Shown: one piece after another, positions 18,953 to 28,407 of the stretch
Layout of the letters: each line of letters opens with the position of its first letter
How positions within the stretch are numbered: the stretch's first letter is position 1
From: a virus
Lineage: Duplodnaviria; Caudoviricetes
Length of the DNA: 43,132 nucleotides
Direction: 5' to 3' (one strand)
Virus record (IMG/VR): IMGVR_UViG_3300032373_000034
Coordinates: 1-43,132 of that record
The notes under the pieces: model-generated
What the model was told of the DNA's origin: nothing
What the model saw: the letters and a program-made list of their open reading frames with translations, nothing else
Database searches by the model: none
Position numbers and translations under genes: made by a program

Positions 18953-19333
18953 TTATTTCACCAAGTGGAACACGAGGGTGTAGATGTCGTTTGCGTCAAG
19001 GGTAGAGGTAACGGTAATGTCGCCGGTCGGTGCGGTGGCGTTATTCTTCAACCCGCCAATATCTTTCCAATCCAGCGTTCCGGCGTCGTCAGAAGGAATT
19101 GTGCAAAGGATAGCGTCACTAGAGCCATCCCATTCAATGACGAGAGAGTTTGCGCTTGTGGTTGAATAATCAATCCGGTCGCAGCGAACGGAGCCATCAA
19201 CCGCAATACCAAGAGCAGACGCATCAACTTTGACAACATCGGACTCGTCGGTTCCGTCAGAAGTGAGGGTGACTTTGACGACGCAATTACGCGCACCGTT
19301 CAGCAATGTTTGTGTAGAGGCTACGTTAGCCAT
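18953..19333 (-). CDS. Putative virion structural protein
   Basis: AGGAG RBS; DESDVVKVD.S.L, GGLKNNA..PTGDI. Confidence 0.65.
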   Translation of the reverse strand: MANVASTQTLLNGARNCVVKVTLTSDGTDESDVVKVDASALGIAVDGSVRCDRIDYSTTSANSLVIEWDGSSDAILCTIPSDDAGTLDWKDIGGLKNNATAPTGDITVTSTLDANDIYTLVFHLVK

Positions 19334-19345
19334 AGAATGCTCCTG

Positions 19346-19378
19346 AAAAGAAAAAGAGGCGGGGGCCGGAGCCCCCGC
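19346..19378 (-). terminator. Rho-independent terminator after the head genes
   Basis: GCGGGGGC-TCCG-GCCCCCGC followed by CTCTTTTTCTTTT. Confidence 0.75.
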
Positions 19379-19384
19379 ACCTAG

Positions 19385-19681
19385 TTAAGAAGCCGCAGTA
19401 ATCTGGGCATCCTCCAAAGCCTGCTCAAGAGCATTGACCTTGGTTTGCAACTCTTTCAGTTGCAGGTTTGTGGCGGTAATGGCGGTATTAACCGCCGTAT
19501 TAACCGCTGAATCGGTGTAGGTGTCGCTCGTGGACAGGGCGATAGCCGCCACGTCCGCAAGCGTTCCATCAACAGTGCCGGTAAGAGAACCAGCAAGTTG
19601 GCCGATATTAGCAATCCGAGCGTCCGAAGAATTAAGAATCGGAGCGTAGATACCGTTGGGGAAGTTGGTTGGTTTAACCAT
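19385..19681 (-). CDS. Putative head decoration/fibre protein
   Basis: TNFPNGI N-terminus, C-terminal coiled coil; directly after the capsid gene. Confidence 0.55.
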   Translation of the reverse strand: MVKPTNFPNGIYAPILNSSDARIANIGQLAGSLTGTVDGTLADVAAIALSTSDTYTDSAVNTAVNTAITATNLQLKELQTKVNALEQALEDAQITAAS

Positions 19682-19701
19682 CGTAGTCTCCTAAGAGTTG
19701 C

Positions 19702-19721
19702 GTGGGGGCCGAAGCCCCCAC
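19702..19721 (-). other. Stable C(UUCG)G hairpin after the major capsid gene
   Basis: GTGGGGGC-TTCG-GCCCCCAC, no U-tract. Confidence 0.65.
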
Positions 19722-19729
19722 TGTGATGG

Positions 19730-20650
19730 CTAGGCAGCGCCTTCCGAAGCGTAAGCACAACGCCAATCAACGAAGTCAAACACGTAACGCTCGACCGCAG
19801 AGGCCAAAGCGTTCTTCGTATTGAAGTCGTTGTCTTTGTCGAACTCAAGCGCCATACGTTCCTGATGAATCAGGCCCGTTCCACTTGGAACATCGTTCAG
19901 GATGAAGAATGCGTCGAGGTCGGTGAGGTAGTGGTTTACCACATAACCTTCCGGCAGCATTCCTTTAGAACGAAGGGCGTTCGTTGCGTTGTTCGCCGTG
20001 TCATTCTGCAAGGTCGAGTTCAGGATGCGCTCAGCATTGAACTGTTCGTTTGGAGTAATGACCAGCTTGCGCGGCATTAGCTTGATCTGGAAGCCACGGT
20101 CGTCCTTGGCGTTACCAATCTGGATAAGCAAGTCTTCCAGAGAGGCTTCGGAAAGGTCGGCCCCGGCGCTCAGTTCGTTCGACTGGTTGCCTGCGTACAT
20201 GGTTGGGTGATCGGTAGCAAAAAACTCTTTGCCATCGCCGCCCGCATAAGACGAGTTGAAGCCACGGTTGAAGATATTCGCACCGTTGATTTCTTTCGTC
20301 TGACGGAAAGAGTCAGCCAACCGGCCAGAACGGGCTTGCGCCAATTCTGCATACTGGTTGTCTGCGAGTTCTTCCATCGACACAGCGTAGCCAAGTGCGT
20401 AGGTTACGTTGCGCGAACGCTGGACGAAACCCTGTTGGTCCACATCATACGAGATAGCGGAGCCTTGACCCTTTTCAGCGGCAAGACCGTAACCAACAGA
20501 CTGCACACGCTCCTCGTAAGCCTTGTCAGAAGACACGGTTTCAAAGAGCTCTGCACACTCAAGAGGGTGGCGCTCATACTGAGTATGAAACCACTTCTTG
20601 ATGCCGGGCCATAACGCCTTTGGGTGATTGCTCGTTGTGATAACAGCCAT
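19730..20650 (-). CDS. Major capsid protein
   Basis: 306 aa, KALWPG, SF.QTKE..GAN.FN.GF, GGDG..F.TDHP, VNHYLTD, ERY.F..DWR; AAGGAG RBS. Confidence 0.9.
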   Translation of the reverse strand: MAVITTSNHPKALWPGIKKWFHTQYERHPLECAELFETVSSDKAYEERVQSVGYGLAAEKGQGSAISYDVDQQGFVQRSRNVTYALGYAVSMEELADNQYAELAQARSGRLADSFRQTKEINGANIFNRGFNSSYAGGDGKEFFATDHPTMYAGNQSNELSAGADLSEASLEDLLIQIGNAKDDRGFQIKLMPRKLVITPNEQFNAERILNSTLQNDTANNATNALRSKGMLPEGYVVNHYLTDLDAFFILNDVPSGTGLIHQERMALEFDKDNDFNTKNALASAVERYVFDFVDWRCAYASEGAA

Positions 20651-20662
20651 GAGTAATCTCCT

Positions 20663-21256
20663 TTAGACGCCAGCCGTTGCGCTGTTGTATTGGTGCTTGG
20701 AAATACGCACCTTCCAGACAGCGTTGGTTCCGACTTCGTTGTCGGGGGATTGATGAAGACCGACAACCTTCACATTCGTAAGGCCAACGTCAGTGCTGAC
20801 CGCAGAGGAATCAATTTCGGAGCCGGAGATACCGGAGGTCGTGCTGCCAGCAGCAAGAACCAAACGGAAGTTGTTACCAACACCTGCAACGCCAAGATTA
20901 CCATCCTCTTGAGCGAGGAAGACCTCATCGGGGTTGTCAGCGACGATAGCATACACGCCAGAGCCGGGTGTGGCGGCGGCGTATTTGGTATCGCCTTGCA
21001 GTTGGGTTCCCTCTTTCGAGGAAGCGAAGCCAACAACAACACCCACGATAGGCAGGTTGTTTGCGGTGGTTGTGGCTGCGACCGTGGTGAGACGGACTTC
21101 GGGAATACCGTTGGCGTCCGCAGTTCCAGTCAGTGTGACCGGATCGTAAAGGTAAATGGCAGAAGCGCCCGTAGCATCTACAGAATAGATGTTCGTTTGC
21201 TTATCAGAACCAAGACCCATCGGGCGAAGACCAAAGGCAGCATCAGCATTAGCCAT
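20663..21256 (-). CDS. Capsid-associated (cement/decoration) protein
   Basis: MANADAAFGLRP, V.DNPD..F.AQ; immediately before the capsid gene. Confidence 0.65.
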   Translation of the reverse strand: MANADAAFGLRPMGLGSDKQTNIYSVDATGASAIYLYDPVTLTGTADANGIPEVRLTTVAATTTANNLPIVGVVVGFASSKEGTQLQGDTKYAAATPGSGVYAIVADNPDEVFLAQEDGNLGVAGVGNNFRLVLAAGSTTSGISGSEIDSSAVSTDVGLTNVKVVGLHQSPDNEVGTNAVWKVRISKHQYNSATAGV

Positions 21257-21268
21257 GTTGCTACTCCA

Positions 21269-21766
21269 TTATGGCATTTTGTTTTGAATGTCGGGGAGAT
21301 ACGAATTATCGCCACGATTCATTTTGCTGTTCGAACCGTCCTTGATAGCTTCCATTTGAACGTCCAGCCTTTTTTGTTTGGCGTCAAAATCTTGCTTATA
21401 AAGGTCGGTTGGCATCAGCATTGCATACGCTCGGACACTCTCGCCCCGCGTATTTGTGTCTGCATGTTCTACAAAGACCGCGCCTTCGCGTTCGTCTTCT
21501 TCTCGGATAACGCCGTTGCTGTCTTTAACGGCAAAGCGCCAACCTGCTTCAATAGCGCGCTGGATGCGGCCCGGACTATCGTTGAACCAATAAGCCTTAA
21601 AGCCTTCCGGTGCGTCGAAGTGAAGACGAGCCTCTAAACCCGTCATGGGCTTACGGTTCGCGGCTGCGCGGTAATCTATTTTCGAGGGGTTCTTAGGTTC
21701 GTTCGGCTGCGCGGCTTGTTCTGCTTGCGGAGCCTGCGGCGAAGCCGCTTTTCTTGGTCTAGCCAT
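21269..21766 (-). CDS. Conserved head-module protein
   Basis: G...YWFND.PGRI..A..AGW.F. Confidence 0.65.
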   Translation of the reverse strand: MARPRKAASPQAPQAEQAAQPNEPKNPSKIDYRAAANRKPMTGLEARLHFDAPEGFKAYWFNDSPGRIQRAIEAGWRFAVKDSNGVIREEDEREGAVFVEHADTNTRGESVRAYAMLMPTDLYKQDFDAKQKRLDVQMEAIKDGSNSKMNRGDNSYLPDIQNKMP

Positions 21767-21796
21767 ATCTTTACCTATTTTCTGTTAGTTGTCAAA

Positions 21797-22747
21797 TCAG
21801 GAGTTGTTGCGTGAGTATTCGCGCGCATATTCAAGACGGCCTTCTGGCGTGTCCTGATATATTTTCCGGCGCGCAAGGTCTTGAAAGCCCTTTTTCGCGT
21901 CTTGCGGCAAAGCATCGTAGGATGCTGACTTTTTGCGAGGGGAGGCAGACGAGCGGGCGTTGGTTGGTGATTGGTAATTGGTTGTTTTCGCGCGGTCGCC
22001 GGGGAAGAATTGATTTACCTTTGCCGCGACTTGGTTGAACACTTGACGCCGCAATTCCGGCTGTAACTCCAACGGGTTTGAAACGCCAAGGCGTTGATAT
22101 TCCTGACTCGCGATGAAGTTGGCATATTCAAACCGAGGAGCGGTTTCAACGTCGCCCTTCATGCCGGTTTCAAACCAAGGGTTTTGAGCGGTGAACTCTC
22201 GAAACACAGGGTCGGCGGCGACTTGCTGGACATGCTCTTGTTGTTCGCGCTGCGGGTCTTGTTGTTCCTGCGGGCGGGAAAGGTGTTGTTCAATCTCTTG
22301 GTTTACAGCGTCATATTCACGCTTGTCGCCAATATCGAACGCCTTATCGCGTTTAGCCTTTAGCGCGGCAATAGATTGCGTGTCTTGCTCCTGAAACCTG
22401 TCCATGACCTCACGGCGGAGGCGTTGAAGCTCCTGCTCGGCCCGTTCGGCGCGGGTTTGTATTTCCGGCAGTTGTTCAATGCGCTTGGAGTGGATGCCAA
22501 GGTATTTCTCGGCAGACATATAATTGGTAGTGTCGCCTTTCCACTCGGTCGGCTCTTTCCAGCCTAGAGCCTTGGCAAGACGAACTTGCTCAGGGTCTTC
22601 TCGTGGCCGCTGCGGAATCTGTGGCTCACCAAACTCCTCGTCGTCGCCGTCTTCTTCGAGGTCTTCAATCTCCTCTTGTTCGGGCGCGATTTCCTGCTCT
22701 ACAACTTCGCCTTCCGGCTCTGCGTATTCTTCAACAACATCAGTCAT
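21797..22747 (-). CDS. Scaffolding protein
   Basis: Acidic coiled coil, A..LGW.....W.GD, NPWF; between portal and capsid. Confidence 0.7.
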   Translation of the reverse strand: MTDVVEEYAEPEGEVVEQEIAPEQEEIEDLEEDGDDEEFGEPQIPQRPREDPEQVRLAKALGWKEPTEWKGDTTNYMSAEKYLGIHSKRIEQLPEIQTRAERAEQELQRLRREVMDRFQEQDTQSIAALKAKRDKAFDIGDKREYDAVNQEIEQHLSRPQEQQDPQREQQEHVQQVAADPVFREFTAQNPWFETGMKGDVETAPRFEYANFIASQEYQRLGVSNPLELQPELRRQVFNQVAAKVNQFFPGDRAKTTNYQSPTNARSSASPRKKSASYDALPQDAKKGFQDLARRKIYQDTPEGRLEYAREYSRNNS

Positions 22748-23075
22748 TTACAACTCCAAGGATTTCTGAATCTTGCAGGATCAGGTATCTGTTCCCGTCT
22801 TTCTCTGCGACTTGCTGGCCGTTATACTCACGGAAGGACACGACATCGCCCACCTTTGGGGCGTCTCGGTCTTCGAAGTATTCAGGCGAGCCGGGCGTTC
22901 CCATCGTGAAGGCTAGAGCGCCAAGCTCTACGACAACGGCTTGGGATTGCCGCCATTGTTCTTTTTCTATGATTTCATCAGGGAGAAGAACGCTCCCTTT
23001 CTTGGTTTCGACCTTTTCCGGCCTCACCAATACGCTGTAGCGTGTCGGGCGAAAGCCCGCCTCATTCGTCTTCAT
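22740..23075 (-). CDS. groES: GroES-like co-chaperonin
   Basis: P....VLVRP...ETKKGSVLLP..VVELG..PKVGD.V.F..Y.G..Y.IL.D.EILGVV. Confidence 0.8.
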   Translation of the reverse strand: MKTNEAGFRPTRYSVLVRPEKVETKKGSVLLPDEIIEKEQWRQSQAVVVELGALAFTMGTPGSPEYFEDRDAPKVGDVVSFREYNGQQVAEKDGNRYLILQDSEILGVVND

Positions 23076-23298
23076 CCAAAAACTCTCCGTTTTCTATTGA
23101 GTCTATTGCTGCGTCGAACGCCTTGTATTCCAAGGCGGTATTCAGCATACCGCGCGATTCCGCTGTTAACGGGTCGTTAATGATATGCTCGCCCAAAAGG
23201 GACTTTCTTTGCTCATTAACCTTGCGTAAGGCTTTGAGGATTTGCTTGGTTTGGGGGGCTTGCTGCCATTCCTTGAGGTCCGCTAAGTTGAGGGCCAT
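23062..23298 (-). CDS. Hypothetical protein
   Basis: EW...PQT motif; overlaps the 3' end of the portal gene. Confidence 0.6.
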   Translation of the reverse strand: MALNLADLKEWQQAPQTKQILKALRKVNEQRKSLLGEHIINDPLTAESRGMLNTALEYKAFDAAIDSIENGEFLDEDE

Positions 23299-25234
23299 TG
23301 AATTGCTCCGCTAGTTGTGTGAGTTGGGAAATGTAGCCTTCAAGTTGGATACCTTCTTCGGTCTCCTCGGCCTTGGCGATATTGAGAACGGCGCGAGATT
23401 TAATCTCAATCGTCTCAACAAGGGTTTTCATGGCTTCGATTTGCTTGGCTTGCGAATCCGTCTCAGCGCGCATCTTGTCGGTTTCGGCGCGCATCAAGCC
23501 CGCTTGTTCCTTGAAGTCAGGCTGTGGTGGTTTCTGCTCTGCAAGATATTCTTTCGGGTCTTCAATGCCCGACGCCTCTAGGACCGTCATAAGAACCTTT
23601 TGAGGGTTAAGCATTGGGCCGAACTGCCCCATCATTTGCATGAGAGTTTGCGCTTGAAGGGCTTTTTGCCCACGCGCCGCCATTGTCGGATCGGTAACGG
23701 GCGTTACGTCAACGCTCTCCACATCGTAATCATCGACTTTGATTTGCTTTTCGGAGTCGAGAAATGTGGAGTATTGTTCAGTGTTCAGCGTGAGCGAGTT
23801 CAGACGGAACAGCATTTTCAACTCACGGCGCAATGAGCGATGCACCCGCTTGAAGATAGAGTTAAACTGGACTGTGCCTTGCTCAATAAGCTGTTGCAGC
23901 GCCATAGGCTGCACGTTGCTTTCCGTTTGCCCCATCATGGCGTCTTTGACGGATGCAATGTCGTTGCCGGAATCAATAATCATGCCCAGCAGGCTGAAAA
24001 GAACAGGTGACGGGCCGGGGAATTGGAGCTGGTAGAGGTTTTCGCGGATATTGCCGCCCGTTGCATCAACCTGTTTGAACTCGCCGGGCTTGAACCGAAA
24101 GTCGCCACCGCGAACGCGAAGGCCAGAAGCAATGAAACCCATCGGGGTGTTTTGCAAATGGGCCGCGTCGTTGATCTGGTTTAGCGTGGTGTTAATCTGC
24201 TCATTAAGCGGGCCAAGCAACCAGCCAAGGCCAATGCCATAGAGTCCATTCTCAGGGTTGGGGAGAAAGTCGTATTGGGTGTAGGGCGGGTAGCAGGGGA
24301 TTGCCGCGATTTCGCCCATCTGGTTTTGTTCAATGTCCTGCTCCGTAAAGTGCGGAATAATCTGGAACACCTTGCCATCATCTTCGCGGAAGAACACGAC
24401 ATACGGTTCAGGGTAGCCGTCGCCGTCTAGGTCGAGGCGAACGTATTGCTCAATGAAGGCAAGCGGCGCTTGGTCGTTTTCCATGTCGGTGGATGATTGA
24501 AGGTCGTCTTCAAGAGAATCGCCTTCATAATACCACTCGCCGCGCCGGACCTTTTCGATAACTTGGTGTGGGTGTAGGTGGAACCGCTCAGAAACGCGCC
24601 CTGCGCTATCAAGGCTCTCCGCGTCCATATTTACGATAAGGTTGGACGCCGGGATAAATCGTGAGCGTGGGCGGTCCTTCTGAACGTCATACCAGAGCTT
24701 GCGGAAGGCTGTGCCAGCAACGGCGAGATAGTGCAGCATCTTGTCGGTGTCGGGCTCCCACTCCTCCATCTCCTCTAATAGCTGATATGACATATGCTCA
24801 CCGACACGAGAGGCTTTGCCTGCTTTCGCGCCGGGCGGGGATATTTCATTGGCTTGGGGTTGGCCTTTTTGGTCAACGCCCATAACCTCGTAAACGCCGC
24901 TGTCGTCGCCATTGACTTTACACCGAACGAGATTTGCGCCGGGAATGATTGCGGGAAGCGCGCGGGCGGCGAACTGGTTGGCCCCGGTCGTAATCAGCGG
25001 GTAGATAATGTTGGATGCGCCTTCAAACGGGTATGATTTCTCGTCCGTCTTTTGCATAGCAAGGGCGAGCGCCTTATCGTGGCGGTCTATCCATTGCTCG
25101 CGCGATTCCTCGTCAATCTTGACGCCGCGTTGGCAGTCCTGACCGATTTTCTGAGCGATGCCATCTTCAAGGATTTCGCAGAGATTCGGGCTGTTGAGAA
25201 TGTCGTCAAGGGTAAGGTTGGTATCGTAATCCAT
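23216..25234 (-). CDS. Portal protein
   Basis: 672 aa after TerL; K..PFEGASNI.YPL, LDLDGDGYPEPYVV, PGEFK, PSPVLFSLLG. Confidence 0.85.
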   Translation of the reverse strand: MDYDTNLTLDDILNSPNLCEILEDGIAQKIGQDCQRGVKIDEESREQWIDRHDKALALAMQKTDEKSYPFEGASNIIYPLITTGANQFAARALPAIIPGANLVRCKVNGDDSGVYEVMGVDQKGQPQANEISPPGAKAGKASRVGEHMSYQLLEEMEEWEPDTDKMLHYLAVAGTAFRKLWYDVQKDRPRSRFIPASNLIVNMDAESLDSAGRVSERFHLHPHQVIEKVRRGEWYYEGDSLEDDLQSSTDMENDQAPLAFIEQYVRLDLDGDGYPEPYVVFFREDDGKVFQIIPHFTEQDIEQNQMGEIAAIPCYPPYTQYDFLPNPENGLYGIGLGWLLGPLNEQINTTLNQINDAAHLQNTPMGFIASGLRVRGGDFRFKPGEFKQVDATGGNIRENLYQLQFPGPSPVLFSLLGMIIDSGNDIASVKDAMMGQTESNVQPMALQQLIEQGTVQFNSIFKRVHRSLRRELKMLFRLNSLTLNTEQYSTFLDSEKQIKVDDYDVESVDVTPVTDPTMAARGQKALQAQTLMQMMGQFGPMLNPQKVLMTVLEASGIEDPKEYLAEQKPPQPDFKEQAGLMRAETDKMRAETDSQAKQIEAMKTLVETIEIKSRAVLNIAKAEETEEGIQLEGYISQLTQLAEQFNGPQLSGPQGMAASPPNQANPQSLTQG

Positions 25235-25235
25235 A

Positions 25236-26726
25236 TCAATATCCTGTTGTGTTGTTTCTGCCCATATCGGACGTGTAGCTGTCGTGAAGGCGGACGTTGG
25301 CCATGATGTCTTCGTCCAGAAGCCAATCAGCCTCGGTTTCGGGTGTTAAAGTGAATGTGAGAGACAGCGCATCGGCAATATCGGGGGAGTCCTCGCCGCG
25401 ACGCTTCATATCCACCTTGCGCTCAAGGCGTATCTGTCCAAGGTCAGTGATGGAGTATTCAGGGGCGACCAATTCCTTGCGAAGCTGCTCGTTATGTGGG
25501 AGGTCGGCGCGCTCAAGCCACTCTTTCATGCGGCCCCATAATTCGTCGCGCAAAAAACGGTAATGCTTCGGGTTGTGAGGGCGACGCCCAACATTCACGC
25601 CGATAGCGCGCGTATCGAAGCGGCGAACAATATCCAGCACACCGCCGCCAACGCCGACTTCATCAACGTAAGCCATAACAATGTCTTTATTGGTGCGAAG
25701 GATGCCGACAACCTGCTCGGCTAGTTCTTGGACGTTCAAGCCCTCAAAGCTCTCGACATGGGGTACTTTCGGGCCGCGCCGTAGCAGGATGCACGATTTA
25801 TCGTCACCAAAGCGGGCAACATCAACGCCCATGATAAGAGGGTAGCCCGACACTTCTTCGCGGCTGATTACCCGCTCAATGGCTTCTGAGACGGTTTCAG
25901 GCGATATAAACTGTGTCGCACCGTGGCGAGGGAACAAACCACGAACGCGGCGGCGCACAATGTCGCTATCCTCGCCGTAGACCTCCACCATATCCTCAAA
26001 GTATTTCTTGTTGGACGCGGCCTTGGCTGTGCGGGAGTCAATGTTGCGTGTGTTCCACAAGGTTTTCTTTTTGCCGTGGAAGCACTCATAAAAGCCACCA
26101 GAGGGGCGAAGCGGGTTTCCAAAGGCTAGGTGAATTGCGCCTGCGGTTGTCTGATAGCCTAGAGCGGCCTCCCAAATGCTTTGCGGGACACCAGAGGCTT
26201 CGTCCATAATCAGGACGTTGTGGTCAGCGTGGACACCAGCAAAGGCGTCGGGGTTGTTTTCGGACCACGGAATAGCCTCTGCGCGCCAGTTTGTCGGGTG
26301 CGAGACGTGGTAGAAGCTGGTTTTCTCCCATACAAACCAGTCTTTGTGGAACATGCGGGTGTGCCATAGGGCCAATTCACGCCATGTGGTCGAGTTAAGC
26401 TGCATTTCGGTGTTGGCGGTAACGCGGATACGGACATTCTGCCGGACGGTCATAAACCACAGCACAATAATGGCGATCAGGGCGGATTTACCAATACCGT
26501 TACCAGAGGCGACCGCCATAAGAACGGATTCATTCGTAACGCGGCTTCCTTTTATCTTGTCGGCCATGTCGTTTAGGAATGATTGTTGCCATTCGTCCAG
26601 ACCATCCCACTCGGCAAGCGGGCCTTTCTCCACGCCCCAAGGAAACGCCTCGTGAGCAAACTTTACAGGGTCGTCATACCAAGACGCCAATTTTTCCAAA
26701 ACATAATCATTGACGGTGTTAGACAT
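25236..26726 (-). CDS. terL: Terminase large subunit
   Basis: Walker A VASGNGIGKS, Walker B LIMDEAS, GNP, nuclease GVDVARFGDD, SPDIADAL.LTF. Confidence 0.95.
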   Translation of the reverse strand: MSNTVNDYVLEKLASWYDDPVKFAHEAFPWGVEKGPLAEWDGLDEWQQSFLNDMADKIKGSRVTNESVLMAVASGNGIGKSALIAIIVLWFMTVRQNVRIRVTANTEMQLNSTTWRELALWHTRMFHKDWFVWEKTSFYHVSHPTNWRAEAIPWSENNPDAFAGVHADHNVLIMDEASGVPQSIWEAALGYQTTAGAIHLAFGNPLRPSGGFYECFHGKKKTLWNTRNIDSRTAKAASNKKYFEDMVEVYGEDSDIVRRRVRGLFPRHGATQFISPETVSEAIERVISREEVSGYPLIMGVDVARFGDDKSCILLRRGPKVPHVESFEGLNVQELAEQVVGILRTNKDIVMAYVDEVGVGGGVLDIVRRFDTRAIGVNVGRRPHNPKHYRFLRDELWGRMKEWLERADLPHNEQLRKELVAPEYSITDLGQIRLERKVDMKRRGEDSPDIADALSLTFTLTPETEADWLLDEDIMANVRLHDSYTSDMGRNNTTGY

Positions 26727-26738
26727 GGGGGTTATTCT
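26710..26738 (+). promoter_or_regulatory. Putative sigma70 promoter (rightward)
   Basis: TTGACG-N17-TATTCT. Confidence 0.55.
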
Positions 26739-26747
26739 CGTTTACTG

Positions 26748-26776
26748 ATTATGGAGAGAGAGAAAATGACTGACAA
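26748..26776 (-). promoter_or_regulatory. Putative sigma70 promoter for terL and the virion operon
   Basis: TTGTCA-N17-CATAAT. Confidence 0.55.
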
Positions 26777-26897
26777 ACGAGACTTGGAACACATAGACCG
26801 GCTTATCCATGAAGCGATGGCGGACGACAGGATTGTTGCTGCTCGTTGGCTTCGTGAGAGGCGGAAGGCGTTAGAGAAAAAGGGGGGCGACAAATGA
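26766..26897 (+). CDS. Hypothetical 43-aa protein
   Basis: GGAGAG RBS, ATG 26766, ATGA-coupled to the next gene. Confidence 0.55.
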   Translation: MTDKRDLEHIDRLIHEAMADDRIVAARWLRERRKALEKKGGDK

Positions 26898-27304
26898 GTG
26901 AGCCTCTATTCGACCCGTTCAAGGTTAATCCGTTTCAGGAGACGTTGACACAGTTAGCTACTCGGTTAGCTGGTGAGGCCGAAATGCCTGTCGAGGTAAT
27001 CCGGTCGGGAACCAAGGGCATTGGTAAGCGCGGCGCTATAAAGCGTGATGCGTTGGCCGTTCGGATTATCGAATTGCGAGAGCGGTTTTGCTATGAGGCG
27101 TATGCGTCGGGGCGATATTCGCTCGCGCAGCTAGGTCGGTTCTGTAAATTGGGCCGTTCGGCTCGTTGTCAGGTGCATAGGCGCGTTCATAGCTATGCAA
27201 AACGTAAGGGGTTGCGTGTTCCTCATATCAAGGATAACCGCCGCCAGAATCTTGCCTCTCGGAAGGTCGAGTTTGTCGATGTTGCCGATGTGGCGTATTA
27301 CTAG
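26894..27304 (+). CDS. Hypothetical basic protein, possibly DNA-binding
   Basis: Arg-rich; YSLAQLGRF is HTH-like. Confidence 0.55.
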   Translation: MSEPLFDPFKVNPFQETLTQLATRLAGEAEMPVEVIRSGTKGIGKRGAIKRDALAVRIIELRERFCYEAYASGRYSLAQLGRFCKLGRSARCQVHRRVHSYAKRKGLRVPHIKDNRRQNLASRKVEFVDVADVAYY

Positions 27305-27313
27305 GACAAAAAC

Positions 27314-27982
27314 ATGAAAAAGATTGCTATTTGCACCCCGATTGGGCGCGCTGCCGTCCCTTATTACTCAAATTCTCTGCAAACGACGATGTTTCAGTGC
27401 CGAGAGGGCTATCAGATTGGCCCTGTGCAGGACGTAGGCCACGCAAACACGCCGCGTATCCGCAATGTGCTTGTTCAAATGGCTTTGGATGCTGGTTTTG
27501 ACACGATTGTCTTCATTGACGACGATATTTCGTGGGAACCGGACGTTTTTTGGTCGGTTATTGAAGATCCAGCCCCAATTTGCGGTGTTGCTCCTCGTCG
27601 CCGCAATAATGACATCAACAGGCTTGAGTTTTGCTGTAATCCGCGTGAGAAAATCGGGGATGGGCGCTGGCATGGCAAGGTTGCGACCGCATTCCTGAAA
27701 ATCGAAGCGTCTGTTTTTCGAGATTTGGAACCGCACACGGACTGGTTTCATTATGCCCCGTTAAAATCAGAGGCTAACCCAGAAGGGGTTGTGCGGGCTT
27801 GGTTTGACTATGACATAGGTTCCAATGGCGACGGAACGCGCGGATATATCGGTGAGGATTACTGGTTTTGCAATTTTGCCACCGAACACGGCATTGAGCC
27901 GGTTATTCGCACTGATCTAGGTGTCGCACATTGGCACGTATTGCCTCTTACGGGCGTTGTGGATGATTATAGGGAGGATTAA
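27314..27982 (+). CDS. Glycosyltransferase family 2-like (GT-A fold) protein
   Basis: IAICTP, RIRNVLV, FIDDD (DxD), GEDYWFC, V.H. Confidence 0.7.
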   Translation: MKKIAICTPIGRAAVPYYSNSLQTTMFQCREGYQIGPVQDVGHANTPRIRNVLVQMALDAGFDTIVFIDDDISWEPDVFWSVIEDPAPICGVAPRRRNNDINRLEFCCNPREKIGDGRWHGKVATAFLKIEASVFRDLEPHTDWFHYAPLKSEANPEGVVRAWFDYDIGSNGDGTRGYIGEDYWFCNFATEHGIEPVIRTDLGVAHWHVLPLTGVVDDYRED

Positions 27983-28170
27983 TCGACCGCCTTTTTCCTC
28001 TGATTGCGCGCGGCTGCATTTGCGGCAATATCTGTGTTAATGCCCTCACCGAAGGCGTCGAGAGCCGCGACAGTCAGTAGCACCTTCATGCGTGATGTTG
28101 GCGCAACCGAAATACACCAATTAGCGAGCGTGGTTGCGATTAGTGCGCGTATTTCTTGCCAGAGCGCCAT
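27979..28170 (-). CDS. Hypothetical protein
   Basis: Abuts the upstream gene; GGAGGA RBS. Confidence 0.55.
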   Translation of the reverse strand: MALWQEIRALIATTLANWCISVAPTSRMKVLLTVAALDAFGEGINTDIAANAAARNQRKKAVD

Positions 28171-28407
28171 CTACTCGTCCTCCAACGGCTTTGGCTTATC
28201 GAACACACGCTTTTGGTTCACTTTTGAGAACGTTTGGTAAAGCCAAAGTTCGTTATTTTCGCGTATCGTCATAGCGCCGCCAGTGCTTATTGTCAGAACT
28301 TTTAGGCCGTCAACGCGAAGTTGGAAAAACCCGGCTTCGTCAATATAGGCCGACACGCTCTGCTGGTTTTGGCGGTCCCGGTCCATAACGAATTTAATCT
28401 TTTCCAT
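28171..28407 (-). CDS. Hypothetical protein
   Basis: Abutting ORF; GGAGGG RBS. Confidence 0.6.
   Translation of the reverse strand: MEKIKFVMDRDRQNQQSVSAYIDEAGFFQLRVDGLKVLTISTGGAMTIRENNELWLYQTFSKVNQKRVFDKPKPLEDE

Noticed and set aside
20690-21637. 315-aa plus-strand ORF and similar antisense ORFs across the virion operon
   Set aside because: Shadow frames of well-supported minus-strand genes
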